Assembly (NCBI RefSeq): GCF_000142905.1
Contig: NW_013657674.1
Coordinates: forward strand, 404,709-468,708
Direction: 5' to 3'
Origin: Thecamonas trahens ATCC 50062
Lineage: Eukaryota; Protista; Apusomonadida
Length of the DNA: 64,000 nt
Every line of letters starts with the position of its first letter. The first letter of the stretch is position 1. A program made the translations under genes and the position numbers. A model generated the notes under the pieces. It worked only from the letters and a program-made list of their open reading frames with translations, had not been told where the DNA came from and did no database searches. Shown one piece after another: positions 12,372-24,214 of this stretch.

Positions 12372-12526
12372 TGCCGCTGACCCAAAACTCCCACCTCCAA
12401 CACTGGTAGCCCACAAGCATGACCCCAACCCACGACGCCCACTAGCTGACACACACACACACACACACCTCTCCTCCGCTTTCTCCATCCCCCCCCCCCC
12501 CCCACCCTTCTCCCCTCCTCCCCCAC

Positions 12527-15500
12527 ATGCCTACCCTCGCGCCCTCGACCTCGCTCTCCGAGTATGTAGAGACCCACGCCGAGGCGGACAACTTGCTTGC
12601 TGCCTTTGTTCTTGCGGGCATTCCGCTAGCTCTTCTTATCGTTCCCTCCATTGCATGCTCTGTTTGGGGCTTACGTCTACGATGTGGCCTCGCTCGCTCA
12701 CGTGCCTGTCTTGCTACTCGCATCGGCTGCTGTATCGGTGCCTCGGACGCTGCCTTTGACAAGTGGGCATCGCCTGTGGCTATTGCTCTTTGGCTGCTCC
12801 TCGGCCTGGTCCCGCTCGCCTCGTTCCTCGCCTTTGCAGTCGTCGTGGCCCTTGATGTGGATCCGCCGCTGCTGGGTGTGGCTGGTGCCCTGGCTGCCGC
12901 TGCGGTGGCTCTGATGGCCTACGGCGTCGCCCGATGGAAGACCGAGGGTTGGCGACTAACGCCTGCGGCCAAGTTTGCGCTCGCTGCCGCTGTCTCGGCC
13001 TTTGCCGCTCTGGAGGTCACCATAGCGGTGTGGATCCGGCCGTACGCCTTTCAGGCGCTTGCGGCAACGCTGCTCCCGCTCTCTGCGGCACCCATGGTGT
13101 ATGTGTGGTACCTCAACGCGCCGACCGGGCCCATCGCCTTTGCCGACTTTGCCCGCGCCAAGGGCGTCGTGGCTCCCGGCCTTGCCGACGACTCGGGTTC
13201 GAGCTCCGACTCCGATTCAAGCTACGACTCGGACGCCTCCCGCGTCGATGGTCTCGGTGCGTACACCAAGCTCTACCGGGCCCAGCTCAGCGCGTTGTTC
13301 ATTGTTGCTGCTCAGGGCTTCCTCGCTGCACTCGGCGTGCTGACCTACCTTGCGGTCGACGAGGAAGCGCAGGCTCGTCAGGTCCTCGGCTTTGCTCGCT
13401 GGGGCGCTATCTCGCTTGTCGACGCCCTGCTCGGCATCCTGTACTGGGCCGAACTGGTCGACTCACCACTTGTCGCCTCAGGCCTCTCAATCTGGGTCCG
13501 TGTTGTCTACACCGTGACTGGGACTCGGGTTTGGATCCTCGGCGACGCTTTTGTCGCCGCTTCGCTCGCGCTCTTTCTACTTGTCTCGTTCATTGCCGAG
13601 CGGTGGCCAAAGTCTGCTGCCGGCGACGGCACCTCGCCGCGCGACGTTGCTGCCGCCATCCTCACTCAGATGCCCAAGGATCGCCGTCTCGACTTTGCGC
13701 TGCCTGGCGTTGTCGACTCGTCGGACATCGACTCGGAGTGGGACGAGATCTACAATGCACCGCCCACTCCCGAGCCGTCCGAGGACGATCTGTTCGGCTC
13801 GCTCCGCGACTCGTTCCGCTCCACCTTTGGTCGGTCGTCGAGCTCGGCTTCGTCGTCGAGCTCGGGATCGTACGAGTATGCCTACGAGTACGCCTCAACG
13901 CTGTCATCAGAGGACGAAGAGCAGGAGGCGGTGGTTGAGAGGACTGCTGCCGTAACGACCGAGTACGAGTACGCGTACGAGTACGTGACGCCGTCTGCGT
14001 CGTCGGCGTCGTCATCATCGTCATCGCCGTCGACTTCGTCGCCATCTGCTGCCCTCGATGTGGACCTTGACGACCTATCGTGCTGCCGCAAGTACGTGGT
14101 GACCCGACCGGCGCTCGCCTTTGTGCTTCTTGCGGGCTTTGCTGGTGTGCTTTTCTACCTCTCCGGCCGCGACTCTGCGGATCTTGCACTCCCACGGGTG
14201 TGGGACCGCTCGCAGCTAACGCTTTCTGTCTCGGCAGTTCTTGTTGTGCCTGTCCTCACGCTCGTCTTTGCCGCCTTTCGGGCTTTCCAGCGCGCTAACT
14301 ACACGCTCACGCCGGCGACGGCGTGTCTTGCGCTTGTGGCGCTTGGAGGCATCGCGTGTAACGGTGTCCTGTTCAACGCCGTTCACTCCTCGGTTGTGGT
14401 GCTTGTGGCGCACACGGTCGTTCCGTTTGTGCTCGCGCTAGAGTATGTTCTGCTTCTTGTCTGGGCCTCTGCCGACTACTACTGGATTGTTCCGAACGAA
14501 GCGTGGTGCTCTCGGCGCAACGGCGGCATGCTGTTTGGGCTCGCTCTGCTTGTCTCGTCTGCGGTAGGCCTTGGCGTTCTCCTCGCCGAGTACTCGGACT
14601 CGCTTGTTGCCGCGTTTTCAGTCCCGCTTGGCCTCCTCCTTCTCCCGACGTCGTACGTCATGATCAAGACGTACTTTACCACGCTCAAGCTCTCGGGTGC
14701 AGTCTGGCTGGCTGCGTTGCTCCAGATTCTCCTTCTGGGCGGCTACACCGGCGCGGTTTGGGGCATTGCGCTGGATCGCCCGTCATCGTTCCCTATCTGG
14801 CTCCTGATTGGCGTTGCAGGCTACCCAGTTGCTGTCCTCCTCCTGGCAACAGTGTGGAAGTGGCGTGATGTGTCGTATGTGGTCAAGCCGTCAACCAGTG
14901 ACGGCAAGTTTATCCTAACAGCCTTTATGCTCTCGTTCCTTGTGGCTGCTGGCGTTCCTGTAGTGCTCATTGTTGTACTCGACGAGCTCGCAGCCGGCAT
15001 TGCTGTTGCGATCGCCGTGGTTGTCGTCTTTGTCTCGCTATGGATTGCGGCCATCTGGGTCCGCTCGTCATTCTACCTCCCGCGCAAGTACCGGCTCGTC
15101 CTCGGACTCGGTGTGGTGTGCGCCATTGGCGGCGCGGTGTACTACGGTGTGACCGAGTCTGCGCGGCTGGACGCAGCGTTGGTTGTTGTTGGCATTCTAG
15201 TTGCCGTCTGCTTTGGCCTCGCGTTGGAGCAGTATCTGGTTCAGCGAGAGACGCCACTGCTCTTCTCGCAATTTGTCTTCCCTGTCTTTGCTCGCGACGC
15301 TATAGCCGGCACACTGCGGCCGGCCAACGGCGGGACGCTTGCGGCATACACCGGGCTGCTTCTCGCTGCTGGCGCCGGTATCGGCCTCGCTTTCGTCCTC
15401 GACCGGTCTTGGGTCGGCCTGCTGGTGGGCGGCTATGCGCTGCTGCTTGTCCTCCTCCTCACTATTCACCTTATGCACATCCCCAGCCTCGAGTTCGGCC

Positions 15501-17841
15501 GGTACGCCAAGTACGTGACCCGCGACATGTTGGCGAGCGCCAAGGCAAAGGCGTCCGAGATGGAGCTCCCCGCAGTTTCACTTGATGCCGCCGGCAAGCC
15601 GGTCTTGGCGGACGTCTCGGTGTCGGACGAGTACTACGGCTCGGGCGAGTACGAGTACGAGTACGAGTACGAAGAGCAGGAGCTTGCATCGGGCTACGAG
15701 TACGGCTACGAGTATGCGTACGAAGACTCTGGCCTGGAGGCCAGCACGGGCGCGTCATTGTCGGCGTCGTCGTCGTCGTGGTCACTCTCGCTGCGGTCGG
15801 TCTCGTCGGAGGATCGCGGCGGGCAGGCGAGCCTTGCCCGAAGCCTGGCACGGATTCGTGCGCTCCGTAAGCGGGCGCGGAGCCGGCGCGAGCATCTGGC
15901 GCTGCTGCGCGAAGACGCGCGCGCGGTCCGTCTATACGGCGACGAGCAGCGGTTTGTAGTCCACATGCAGGCACTTGTGGTGGCGCTCGCCAAGGGTGCT
16001 ATGGCGGTTGAGCTGGATTTGGTGGTGCAGCTTGTCAGCGACCGGGTCTTCCGGCACGCGTTTGATGAGCCGCTTGACGTGTGGGAGGTCGAGGCGTGGG
16101 ACGAGGACGAGTGGGACGAGCTCGATGGACTTGTGGCCGAGTTCAATATCCGTCGCAAGCTCCGCGCTGACGATCAGGCGGCCAAGGCAGCCGAGGATGA
16201 GGAAGCGCAGCGGAAGCGTGACGAAGCCCGGCTTGTCCACCAGCGCGAGCTTATTCGGCAGCAAAAGAAGGCCGGCGCCAAGCCAGCCGATCCCGAGGCG
16301 GCCAAGGCGGCCCCGAGCGTGTCGGCCAATCAAGCCGGCAAGGCCAAGGCCAAGGCCAAGGCCAAGGCTAAGGCAAAGGGCAAGTGCGAGGCCAGGGCGA
16401 GGCCAGCTGCACAGCCGAAGGAAGCGGCAGCGTGCCAGAGCTGGTATTTAAGCCCTCCGAGGCCGGGACCCGGACCGGTCATTGCCACGGTGGCGCGCGG
16501 GAAGAAGTGGGAAGACAACGAGTTCCCGGCGACGGATGCAAGCCTGTTTGTGGGCAAGACCGGGGTGTCCGGCAAGGCCAAGGGCTGGGCGCGGCCCGAG
16601 ACGATGTTTGCGAGCGCCAATGGGCGCGCGCCTAGCAAGGCCGACATTGCATTGTTTGGGACGGACGGCATTGTGCCTGGCGACATCAAGCAAGGAGCGC
16701 TGGGTAACTGCTGGCTCCTCTCGGCGTTTGCAGTTGTGGCGGCGGTGCCGAGCCTAGTGGAGCATCTGTTTGTGACGACCGAGCCGGACGAGGCCGGGGT
16801 CTACTGTGTCCGGTTCTGGAACGATGGCCAGTGGGTGCGTGTCCTTGTGGACGACCAGTTCCCGGTGGCGGACAAGCATAAGCCGCTCTATGCGCGGACC
16901 GGGCGCGGCGACGGGTCCGAGCTCTGGGTCATGCTCCTGGAAAAGGCGTACGCCAAGCTGTTCGGCTCGTACGCGGCGCTCAACGGCGGCATGGTTCACA
17001 TTGGGCTGATGGATCTGACGGGCGGGTCCGGCGAGCGTATCGCGCTCGACTCGGAGCAGGCCAAGCAGGACATTGCGTCGGGTGCGCTGTGGGCGCTCAT
17101 GCTCAAGTTCCGCAAGGCCGGGTATCTGATGGGTGCCGGATCCAACTCCGGGTCAGACACGACACAGTCGGACCAGAAGATTGTGCGCGGGCACGCCTAC
17201 GCGCTGCTCGATGTGGTCGAGGCCGACGGGCACAAGCTGGTCAAGCTTCGCAACCCATGGGGCAAGGTCGAGTGGACCGGCGACTGGAGTGACAAGTCGC
17301 CACTGTGGACCCGACGGCTCAAGGCCAAACTCGGGTGGGTCGACGCCGACGACGGCGAGTTCTGGATGGGCTTTGCCGACTTTGTGCGCGAGTTCCGCAA
17401 TCTGTACGTGTGCAAGCTCTTCCCCGAGTCGTGGAGCGCGGTCGGTGGGACGTCGGCGTGGGCCGGCGCGTCTGCAGGCGGCTCGCCCAACAACGAGACT
17501 TGCAAGGACAACCCACAGTTCCTGCTCTCGGTCACGTCGCCGACTCAGGTCCACATCACGCTCTCCCGCGACAAGTTTGTGTCGGGCGTGGCAGCGAGGC
17601 CAACTCCTCGCCTGGAGTGTAGCCGTGCGGCGGACGCATCGATCCGCGCCGCCTCCGCGCCGGCGACCGGCTGGCCACCTCGGGACAGTACTCGAACCTC
17701 CGGACCGTCAACTTGGAGACCCATCTCGCACCGGGCAAGTACGTCGTCGTGCCGACAACGTTCAAGCCGGGTCAGGAGGGCGCGTTCTCGGTTGTGGTGC
17801 ACTCGGAGAAGAGTGTTGGATTTAACGAGCTGCAGCCGTAG
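12527..17841 (+). CDS. Multi-transmembrane (DEK1-like, TML) calpain: large TM region + CysPc + C2-like domain III; frame break at ~17589-17627
   Basis: Roughly 20 hydrophobic segments in the first ~1000 aa. Catalytic QGALGNCW, GHAY and LRNPWG. Domain III begins W.G.SAGG..N..NPQF and is completed in another frame (LAPGKYVVVPTTFKPGQEGAFSVVVHS, TAG at 17839-17841). Confidence 0.88.
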
Positions 17842-17869
17842 CCGGTGGCAGCGATCATGGAAGACGCCC

Positions 17870-18430
17870 TCACGCCTTGACAAAATCAACAAAGCCGGCG
17901 AGGTGCTCAGCGAGGCGCTTCTGAGTGGCCTCATCCACGATGTTGCCCTCGTCGTCAAAGATCTTCTCGGCAAAGTAGTTGACGCCAAACTCGCCGTTGA
18001 AGGCCTTAAAGTTGAGGAAGACACCGACCTGGCGCAGATGGTTCTGCGCGCGCATAGTCCGCATCCCGCCGCCAGAGCCGACGATGGCCACTGGCTTGCC
18101 CGAGAACGGCTGGACGCCATCATCGTTGCGGGCGCGCGAGATCCAGTCGATGGCGTTCTTCAGCGGTGCCGCGATCGAGTAGTTGTACTCGGGAGTGGCA
18201 AAGATGACGCCGTCGGCGCCACGGATGGACTCAGCAAGGGCGGTCACGTCGGCCGGCAAGCCGTCGGCCTCGATGTCCTGCGAGAAGACAGGAAAGCCCG
18301 AAATGTCGGCGATTTCAACCTGCGCACCGTGCTCAGCACCAATGCTGGTGAGGTGGCGGAGGAGCGCCGTGTTGGTGGAGGCAGCGCGGAGGGAGCCGGA
18401 GATGGCAACAAAGCGGAGCGGGGCAGCCAT
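17870..18430 (-). CDS. NADPH-dependent FMN reductase / quinone-chromate reductase (flavodoxin-like)
   Basis: Motifs ISGSLRAASTN, ADGVIFATPEYNYSIAAPLKNAIDWISR and FSGKPVAIV. Confidence 0.92.
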   Translation of the reverse strand: MAAPLRFVAISGSLRAASTNTALLRHLTSIGAEHGAQVEIADISGFPVFSQDIEADGLPADVTALAESIRGADGVIFATPEYNYSIAAPLKNAIDWISRARNDDGVQPFSGKPVAIVGSGGGMRTMRAQNHLRQVGVFLNFKAFNGEFGVNYFAEKIFDDEGNIVDEATQKRLAEHLAGFVDFVKA

Positions 18431-18491
18431 TGTAGTGTTAGGTGCGTGGTCAAGTCTTTGGTCTGGTCGGTGGAATGTTTGCGTAGCCGTG

Positions 18492-18548
18492 TTACGTGGC
18501 AAAATTGACGGCGATTTTGCCAACTCCAAGCCAAAGATTACGTCAGCT
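18492..18548. promoter_or_regulatory. Putative promoter elements upstream of the FMN reductase: 9-bp inverted repeat plus bZIP-like TTACGT sites
   Basis: TGGCAAAAT (18497-18505) pairs with ATTTTGCCA (18514-18522). TTACGT at 18492 and TTACGTCAGCT at 18538. Confidence 0.3.
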
Positions 18549-18694
18549 GGCGGAGAAAGCGCAAGCTGACAGTTGGGCGGATAAAGACCGCCACGCCGCG
18601 GTGCCGGCGAGGATGAGCGTTCTCCCCAGGGAAGGGGACAAATAGGAGTAAGGATAAGCGGGAGATGGAGTGGTGGTATGGTTGGTGGTGTTAA

Positions 18695-19590
18695 TCATCG
18701 TTTTCCGCCCTTGCCGCGCTTGCGGCTGCCTCCACTGCGGCCACCACGGCCGCCTGACCGCTTGCGCTTGCGGCCTGCTGCCGGATCATACTTGCGGCGC
18801 TTGTGCTGGATGTAGCGGAGCTGGAGAGTGCCTGGCAGCGAGGCCAACTCCTCGCCTGGAGTGTAGCCGTGAGAGTTGGAGGCGTCGGCATGGCCATCGT
18901 CGACAGCGCCCGAGGCGGAAGCCGAGTCCGAGTCGGAATCATCGGCCCAGACCGGCTTGGCGTCATGGGCGAGATCGAGCGGCATGACCTTAGCAGTGGT
19001 CACAGTCGAGCTCGATGTCACGGTCAGCGTTGCGCCCTGGCGCACTACACTCAAACTGGCGTTGCCGTCGCTTTCGCTCTCGCCCGCGCCAAAGTCGTCG
19101 TCGTCAGTCGACGACGAGAGCCCAAACGACAGCGCGTCAGCTGAGACCTCGCTCACGCCGACAATCTCAGCCTCGCTCTCTTCATCGCTGCTGGAGTAGC
19201 AGCTGTCGTCATCGCTGCTTCCCTGCTCGCGCTTGGCGACGACAGGCGTCTTGGTCGACTTTGAGCTTGCCACGGTCGTGCCCTTGGCCAGCTGCTTGCG
19301 GACAAACTCGCGCTGGAGCTCATGCTTGCGAGCCAGCGTTGCAGCCTCGTCCGAAACCCGTGACGCGCGGATCTGTGTCATTTCCAACCTACACGTGAGT
19401 ACCACCACACGATGGCTATCGAGGATGATGCTCCCGATTCGCTGACCAGATGCCAAGCACAGGTATCAGCAGAGAGAGCACAAAGTGGGGTTCGACGGCT
19501 CTCCCCCCTCCCCTATCCACCTGCCGCTCGCCCCCCCCCCCCCCCCCGTTCCCCCCAACCCCCCCTGATCCGTTCCCCAACCCCCGGGTT

Positions 19591-19625
<35 letters not shown>

Positions 19626-20003
19626 ACGCTTTCTGCCTCTCGCCGAGGATGGCAGATGGCGACAAGCAGGGCAGCCAGAGGGGTAAGGGGGGCAGCGGGG
19701 TAAGGGCATGGGCATGGCGAGTTGGCAACAAGGATGGGAATGACGTACCTCTTTGCGTGCGGCATTCCTTGCCACTCGCTCTGCAGCCTTAAAGTCCTCT
19801 GCAGCCTTGCGGCGGCGGTCGTCCTTGCGCTTCTGGAAGCCCGTGATGAACTCGCGGTGGTTGTCGGGGTCAAAGACAACGTGGGTCTTGACAAGCGACT
19901 TGCGCCCGCCGCCACCGCCACTCTTACGTCCTCCTCCACGTCCACGTCCACGTCCACCACGTCCACCTCGCTTGCCGCCACGTCCACCTCGATTCTTGCC
20001 CAT
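18695..20003 (-). CDS. NOL12: Nucleolar protein 12 / Rrp17 (Nop25 family); complement(join(18695..19372,19749..20003))
   Basis: VVFDPDNHREFITGFQKRKDDRRRKA family motif and RGG-rich N-terminus. Phase-0 intron 19373-19748 (GTACGT..ACAG). Confidence 0.82.
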
Positions 20004-20341
20004 ATCTCACTGTGGACAGTACTGCGTTGAGTGCCAGCATCTCGAGTCGTCTCGTCGGCTCGATGCTGTCCGTCCACGACGAGAGCAGCTTGGGCGGCCG
20101 TGGTGACAGATTCGATCGTATGATCGCAGGTTGCCTTGGACTTGGGAGAGGATTGACTATATTGTGGAAGGTGTATTGTGGCTTGGGCCGCATGAGAAGA
20201 GCTCACCATCGACCGTAAGGCCGTGGCGTAGCATGACCTGCCTCTACGCGCGCGGTTGTCCACTCGTCGCCGCCATGCCAGCTTGCTTACCACCACAAGA
20301 CAGAGCAAGACACGTCTCCCCACTGATCGAGAGCAGCCATC

Positions 20342-23300
20342 ATGCTTACACTGGACGACCTGCTGCAGTTTTGCAGTGAGATGTCTGGAGAGCAAGTGGG
20401 ATCTGTGGCTGAGCTGGCCAACGGAGTAGCCGTGGTAGCCATGGCCAGGAAGGTCTGGCCATTGGCGCCCAAGGTGGTGGCCTGGCAGACCAACCCAAAG
20501 CCGGCCCACTCGTGGGAGGCAGACAGGAACTGGTCCACTCTAACTCGGACCCTTGCCGCCATGGGCGTTCCTCCCCGCACCATCTCTTCGGTATGCCAAC
20601 TTCCTTGCCTTCTCTTCTTCTTCCCCCCCCCCCCCCCCTCCACCTGTGCCTGGCGTTCCCACTCACCGTCGTGCGCGCCAAAACCGATCGCTCGGCCCCT
20701 CGATCATGGCATGCCCCGAACATCGGCCTGCCCCGATGACTGGTCCTGCACCGGCTCCTGCTCTCGCTCTCGCTCTCGCTCTACATCAATCAACAGTCGG
20801 CGGTCCGCAAGGGACATCGTGGCGCGGCTCATGCCCTGCTGGTGCTGTTCTACTTTCTGCATTCGATTGCTAATGCTACTGATGTGGCTGCTGACTTTGA
20901 GCTGCCGGTCCCGGATGCACTTGCCGCCTTTCTCCAGTCGCCGGCAGCTGTTGAGAGCCTTGTTCGCGGCGGTGCGATCGCTGCGAGCTCGGGCAAGGGC
21001 AATCCGCAAGACAAGCCGCAGGCCAAGGCCAAGGCCAAGGTCAAGGCCAAGGTCAAGGCCAAGGCCGCAACCATCGCCCCGCGCGCGCGTCGCTCTGCGC
21101 CGGCGCCGTCGCCAATCAAGCGCGTCGCTTCGCCGGTTGTGGCTGCGCGCCCACCGACAAGCCAGCGGCAGAGCTCGCGCCGGCAAGCTGAGGCGCCTGC
21201 TTCAGCTGGCACATCTATGCCAACGCCGGCTCCTGCTAGTGTGCCGGCGCCGGCACCCGCTGCAAGTCCGGCGCCACCTGCCGCGCAAGACGTTGTGTGG
21301 CGTAATACCGAGCACAAGGTCAAGGGAGAGCTGGTGGTCAAGAAGATGCGGTTTGCAATCGATTCACTTCAGCGTCAGCTTGCGGCGGTTGTGGCCGAGA
21401 AGGATGCTCTTGCGGCTCGGTTTACTGACCAGGTCTCGGAGCTCAAGCGCCGGTACGAGAACGAGCTGCTTCTGCAGCGCGCTGCGCTCAACAACGAGGT
21501 GGCAGTGTGCAAGCTCGCCGATGTCTCGCGCGACATGGCTTCTAGCGCCTCGCACGAGGCCCTGCTCCATGCGCTCGCCTCCAAGCTCGCCGACGAGTCC
21601 ACTCGCTACGGAGGCACTTGCGATGCGGTTGCCCTTGCCTCCGAGGTTGTTGTCCTTCGCCAGGCACTCGCTGCCTCTGAGGAAGCCCGGAATCAGGCCG
21701 CCGTCAACAACCGCGAGCTGCAGGCTGCACTCGAGACGGCGCACGCGCTCGTCGCCCAAGAGTCTGAAAACGCGCTGGCAATTCACCTCGACTACGCTCG
21801 CCAGGACGCGAGCATTGTCGTCGAGGTCGACGCGCTCGTTGCCGATACCGATGCTGCCGGCGATGCTCCGGCCCGCGGCCTGACTGCCCGCGAGCGCGCG
21901 CTTGTTGCCCGCATCCGCGAGCTCGAGTTTTCCGCTGCGCAGTCGGCGGCGCAGGCCGCGCGCTCGACCGAGGAGCTCAAGGCGCAGCTACTCGAGGCCA
22001 AGGCTGCAGGCGTAGCCGAGGAAGCGTTTGGCAAGAATCTGACCGAGCTCGAGGCTGAACTTGTTGCCGAGCATGAGACCGTCGCGCTTCGCGAGCAAGT
22101 TGCTGCACTCCGCAAGGCCAACGCGTTTCTGCGCGGAGCAGCCGACGCCGCGTGTCCCAGCGACACGCTTGACGACCCTGAGCAGAGCGAGCGTCGTAAC
22201 GGCGCGCTCCTCTCGGCGCTTCAGGACCTGACCCGCGTCTTCCCGGCTGACGATCCGGTGGCACAGGAGGTCTCTTCAGTTCTCTTCTCCCACTTTTGGG
22301 CCCTGGTGTGCGAGGCACGGCTCGCGTCGCGGCGTGCAGCGCGGACGGCAACGAATTGCGCGACTGCGCGTGCCCGGGTCGGCGAGCTCGAATCTCAGCT
22401 GGGCGAGGTACAGTCGTCGTTTGCTCGCGAGCTTGCCACCGCCCTCGAGGCCGCGCGAGCCGAGGCCAATGCTGACCACGCTGCAGCAGCTGCCGAGCGT
22501 TCGCAGCTGGCTGCCCAGCTTCAAGTCGCGCTGGCGTCGCTCGAGCAGGCCAAGGCCGAGGCCGAGGCGCTGCAGTCCGAGGCCGCCTCCGCCCGCGCAT
22601 CAGCCCTTGCCGACGACGCCGCCCGCTTCTCCGCCCTCCACGCCAAGTTTACCAAGCTCCGCGCCGAGGCCAAGCGACTGCAGCTCCGCGAGCAGGTGTG
22701 GAAGGAGCTTTGCGACCAATTGCAGTCAATGACCCAGGAACTGAGCGGCTCGTCGTCGCTGGACGCGACCAAGGCCCGCGAGCTGGCGTCACTCGAGGCC
22801 GGCGTGGTTGCCGCCATCGAGCAGCTCAACAAGCTCGCCCGTCCGGCAGACGCCGCCGGCGCCACGGACCATCTCGAGACCGACGTGGCAATCGACTCGG
22901 CCCTTGCGCTCGCTCGCGCCCAGATCGAGCAGCTTACCGAGACGCTGGCCGCCGTCCGGAGCCAGGTCCACGAGCTTCAGGCCGCACAGGCCAGCAGCGA
23001 GGCCAATGAGGCTGCGGCCGTCGCTGCAGCCGGCGACGCTGCCACCAAGATCGCGCTGCTCAATGCCCAGCTCGCTGACCTCACCGCAGCCAACGAGGCA
23101 CTCGCGACCCGCGCCGCTGAGGCCGACGAGTCGGCCCGCGCCACCACCGCCCACCTCCAGGCACAGGTTGCCGACCTCACCTCTGCGCTCGCTGACGAGC
23201 GTTCGCTCTGGACGTCGACAACCGATCGTCCGCCGCTGCCGGAGGAGGGTGCTCCTGCCACCGATGCGGAGCCCGGCGCTAGCGCCGTGGATGCCATCGT

Positions 23301-23391
23301 TGCCCGCCTCCGCGCGCTCTTGCCGGCGCCGCCGGCCGCCAGCCGTCCTGATCCGCAACCCGCGAGCGCCTTCCCGCCCATTCTCGAGTAG
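20342..23391 (+). CDS. Protein with N-terminal calponin-homology-like domain and long coiled coil; join(20342..20590,20797..23391)
   Basis: A phase-0 intron (GTATGC..ACAG) joins the two frames. ELANGV....KVWP..NWSTL...L..MGVP resembles microtubule-binding CH domains. Heptad-rich A/E/L C-terminal half. Confidence 0.7.
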
Positions 23392-23394
23392 CAT

Positions 23395-23982
23395 CTAGAA
23401 GCAGCAGTTGCAGTCAAAGGGACAGTCATCGGTATTGCCACCCTTGCCGATGTTGAGCTCGTCGAGGGTGTAGATGCGGAGGCCGTCGACATACCGCGCC
23501 TTCCCGGTCTTGCTCCCACGGACATCGGCAAAATCAACATCACCCGATGCGCCGGCCTTGCTCTTGCCCTTGCCCTTTCCTCTACCCTTTCCTTTGCCCT
23601 TCTCACCACTTCCACTGGCCTTAGGCGCCTTAGCCATGGCAAAGATGTCGTCCAGCGACGGAGGCGCAGGCGCCGACTTGCCCGCCTCGCCATCCTCACC
23701 ATCCTCGCTGGCGTCGGCGTCGGTGTCGTCCTTGGTGCTCTTTCCCTTGCTCTTCTCCTTGCCCTTGCTCTTGCTCTTGCTCTTGCTCTTGCTCTTGCTC
23801 TTCTCCTTGCCCTTACCACTGCCACTGCCGGTGCTCTTGCCCCTGGCCTTGCCCTTGGCCTTGCCCTTGCCAAGTCCTCGTCCACTCGCCACCTTCTCCG
23901 CTCGGTGCTTCTTGCCCTCACTCACCGTATCCACCTTCTTCCGCTTCACCTGCTGCTCCTCCTTGACTCCCTTTCGGCCCAT
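23395..23982 (-). CDS. DUF1764-family protein
   Basis: IDDIF-like SLDDIF and C-terminal DGLRIYTLDELNIGKGGNTDDCPFDCNCCF. Lys/Gly-rich N-terminus. Confidence 0.88.
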   Translation of the reverse strand: MGRKGVKEEQQVKRKKVDTVSEGKKHRAEKVASGRGLGKGKAKGKARGKSTGSGSGKGKEKSKSKSKSKSKSKGKEKSKGKSTKDDTDADASEDGEDGEAGKSAPAPPSLDDIFAMAKAPKASGSGEKGKGKGRGKGKGKSKAGASGDVDFADVRGSKTGKARYVDGLRIYTLDELNIGKGGNTDDCPFDCNCCF

Positions 23983-24089
23983 ATTGATTGCAACTACTTC
24001 TTCTCTGATCAACTCAAAAAGTTAGGTCTGCATCGCTATCCTCATCAGCAATCCTCCCCTCGCGCCGCCTTCTGTCTCTGTCTCTGCTC

Positions 24090-24127
24090 TTGATCGATCG
24101 CCAGCGATCGTAATCGCGATCGATCAA
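24090..24127. promoter_or_regulatory. Perfect 12-bp inverted repeat of GATCGATC motifs in the divergent DUF1764/EPG5 interval
   Basis: TTGATCGATCGC (24090-24101) and GCGATCGATCAA (24116-24127), 14-nt loop. Confidence 0.45.
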
Positions 24128-24214
24128 ACCTTCCCTGTCTGGTACCCCCCCCTCCTCCCCCCCCCCCCCTTTCCTTCTCCTGCTCACTTTACCACCTCTC
24201 CCAACCTACTACCC

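Noticed and set aside
16384-16452. Possible in-frame 69-nt intron (GTGCGA..TAAG) in the calpain linker
   Set aside because: The donor deviates from the local GTAYGY consensus and the frame is open without it, so it cannot be supported.
17842-18508. 1993-aa calpain ORF apparently overlapping the whole FMN reductase antisense
   Set aside because: This is read-through caused by the frame break at ~17589-17627. The real domain III ends at 17841 in another frame.
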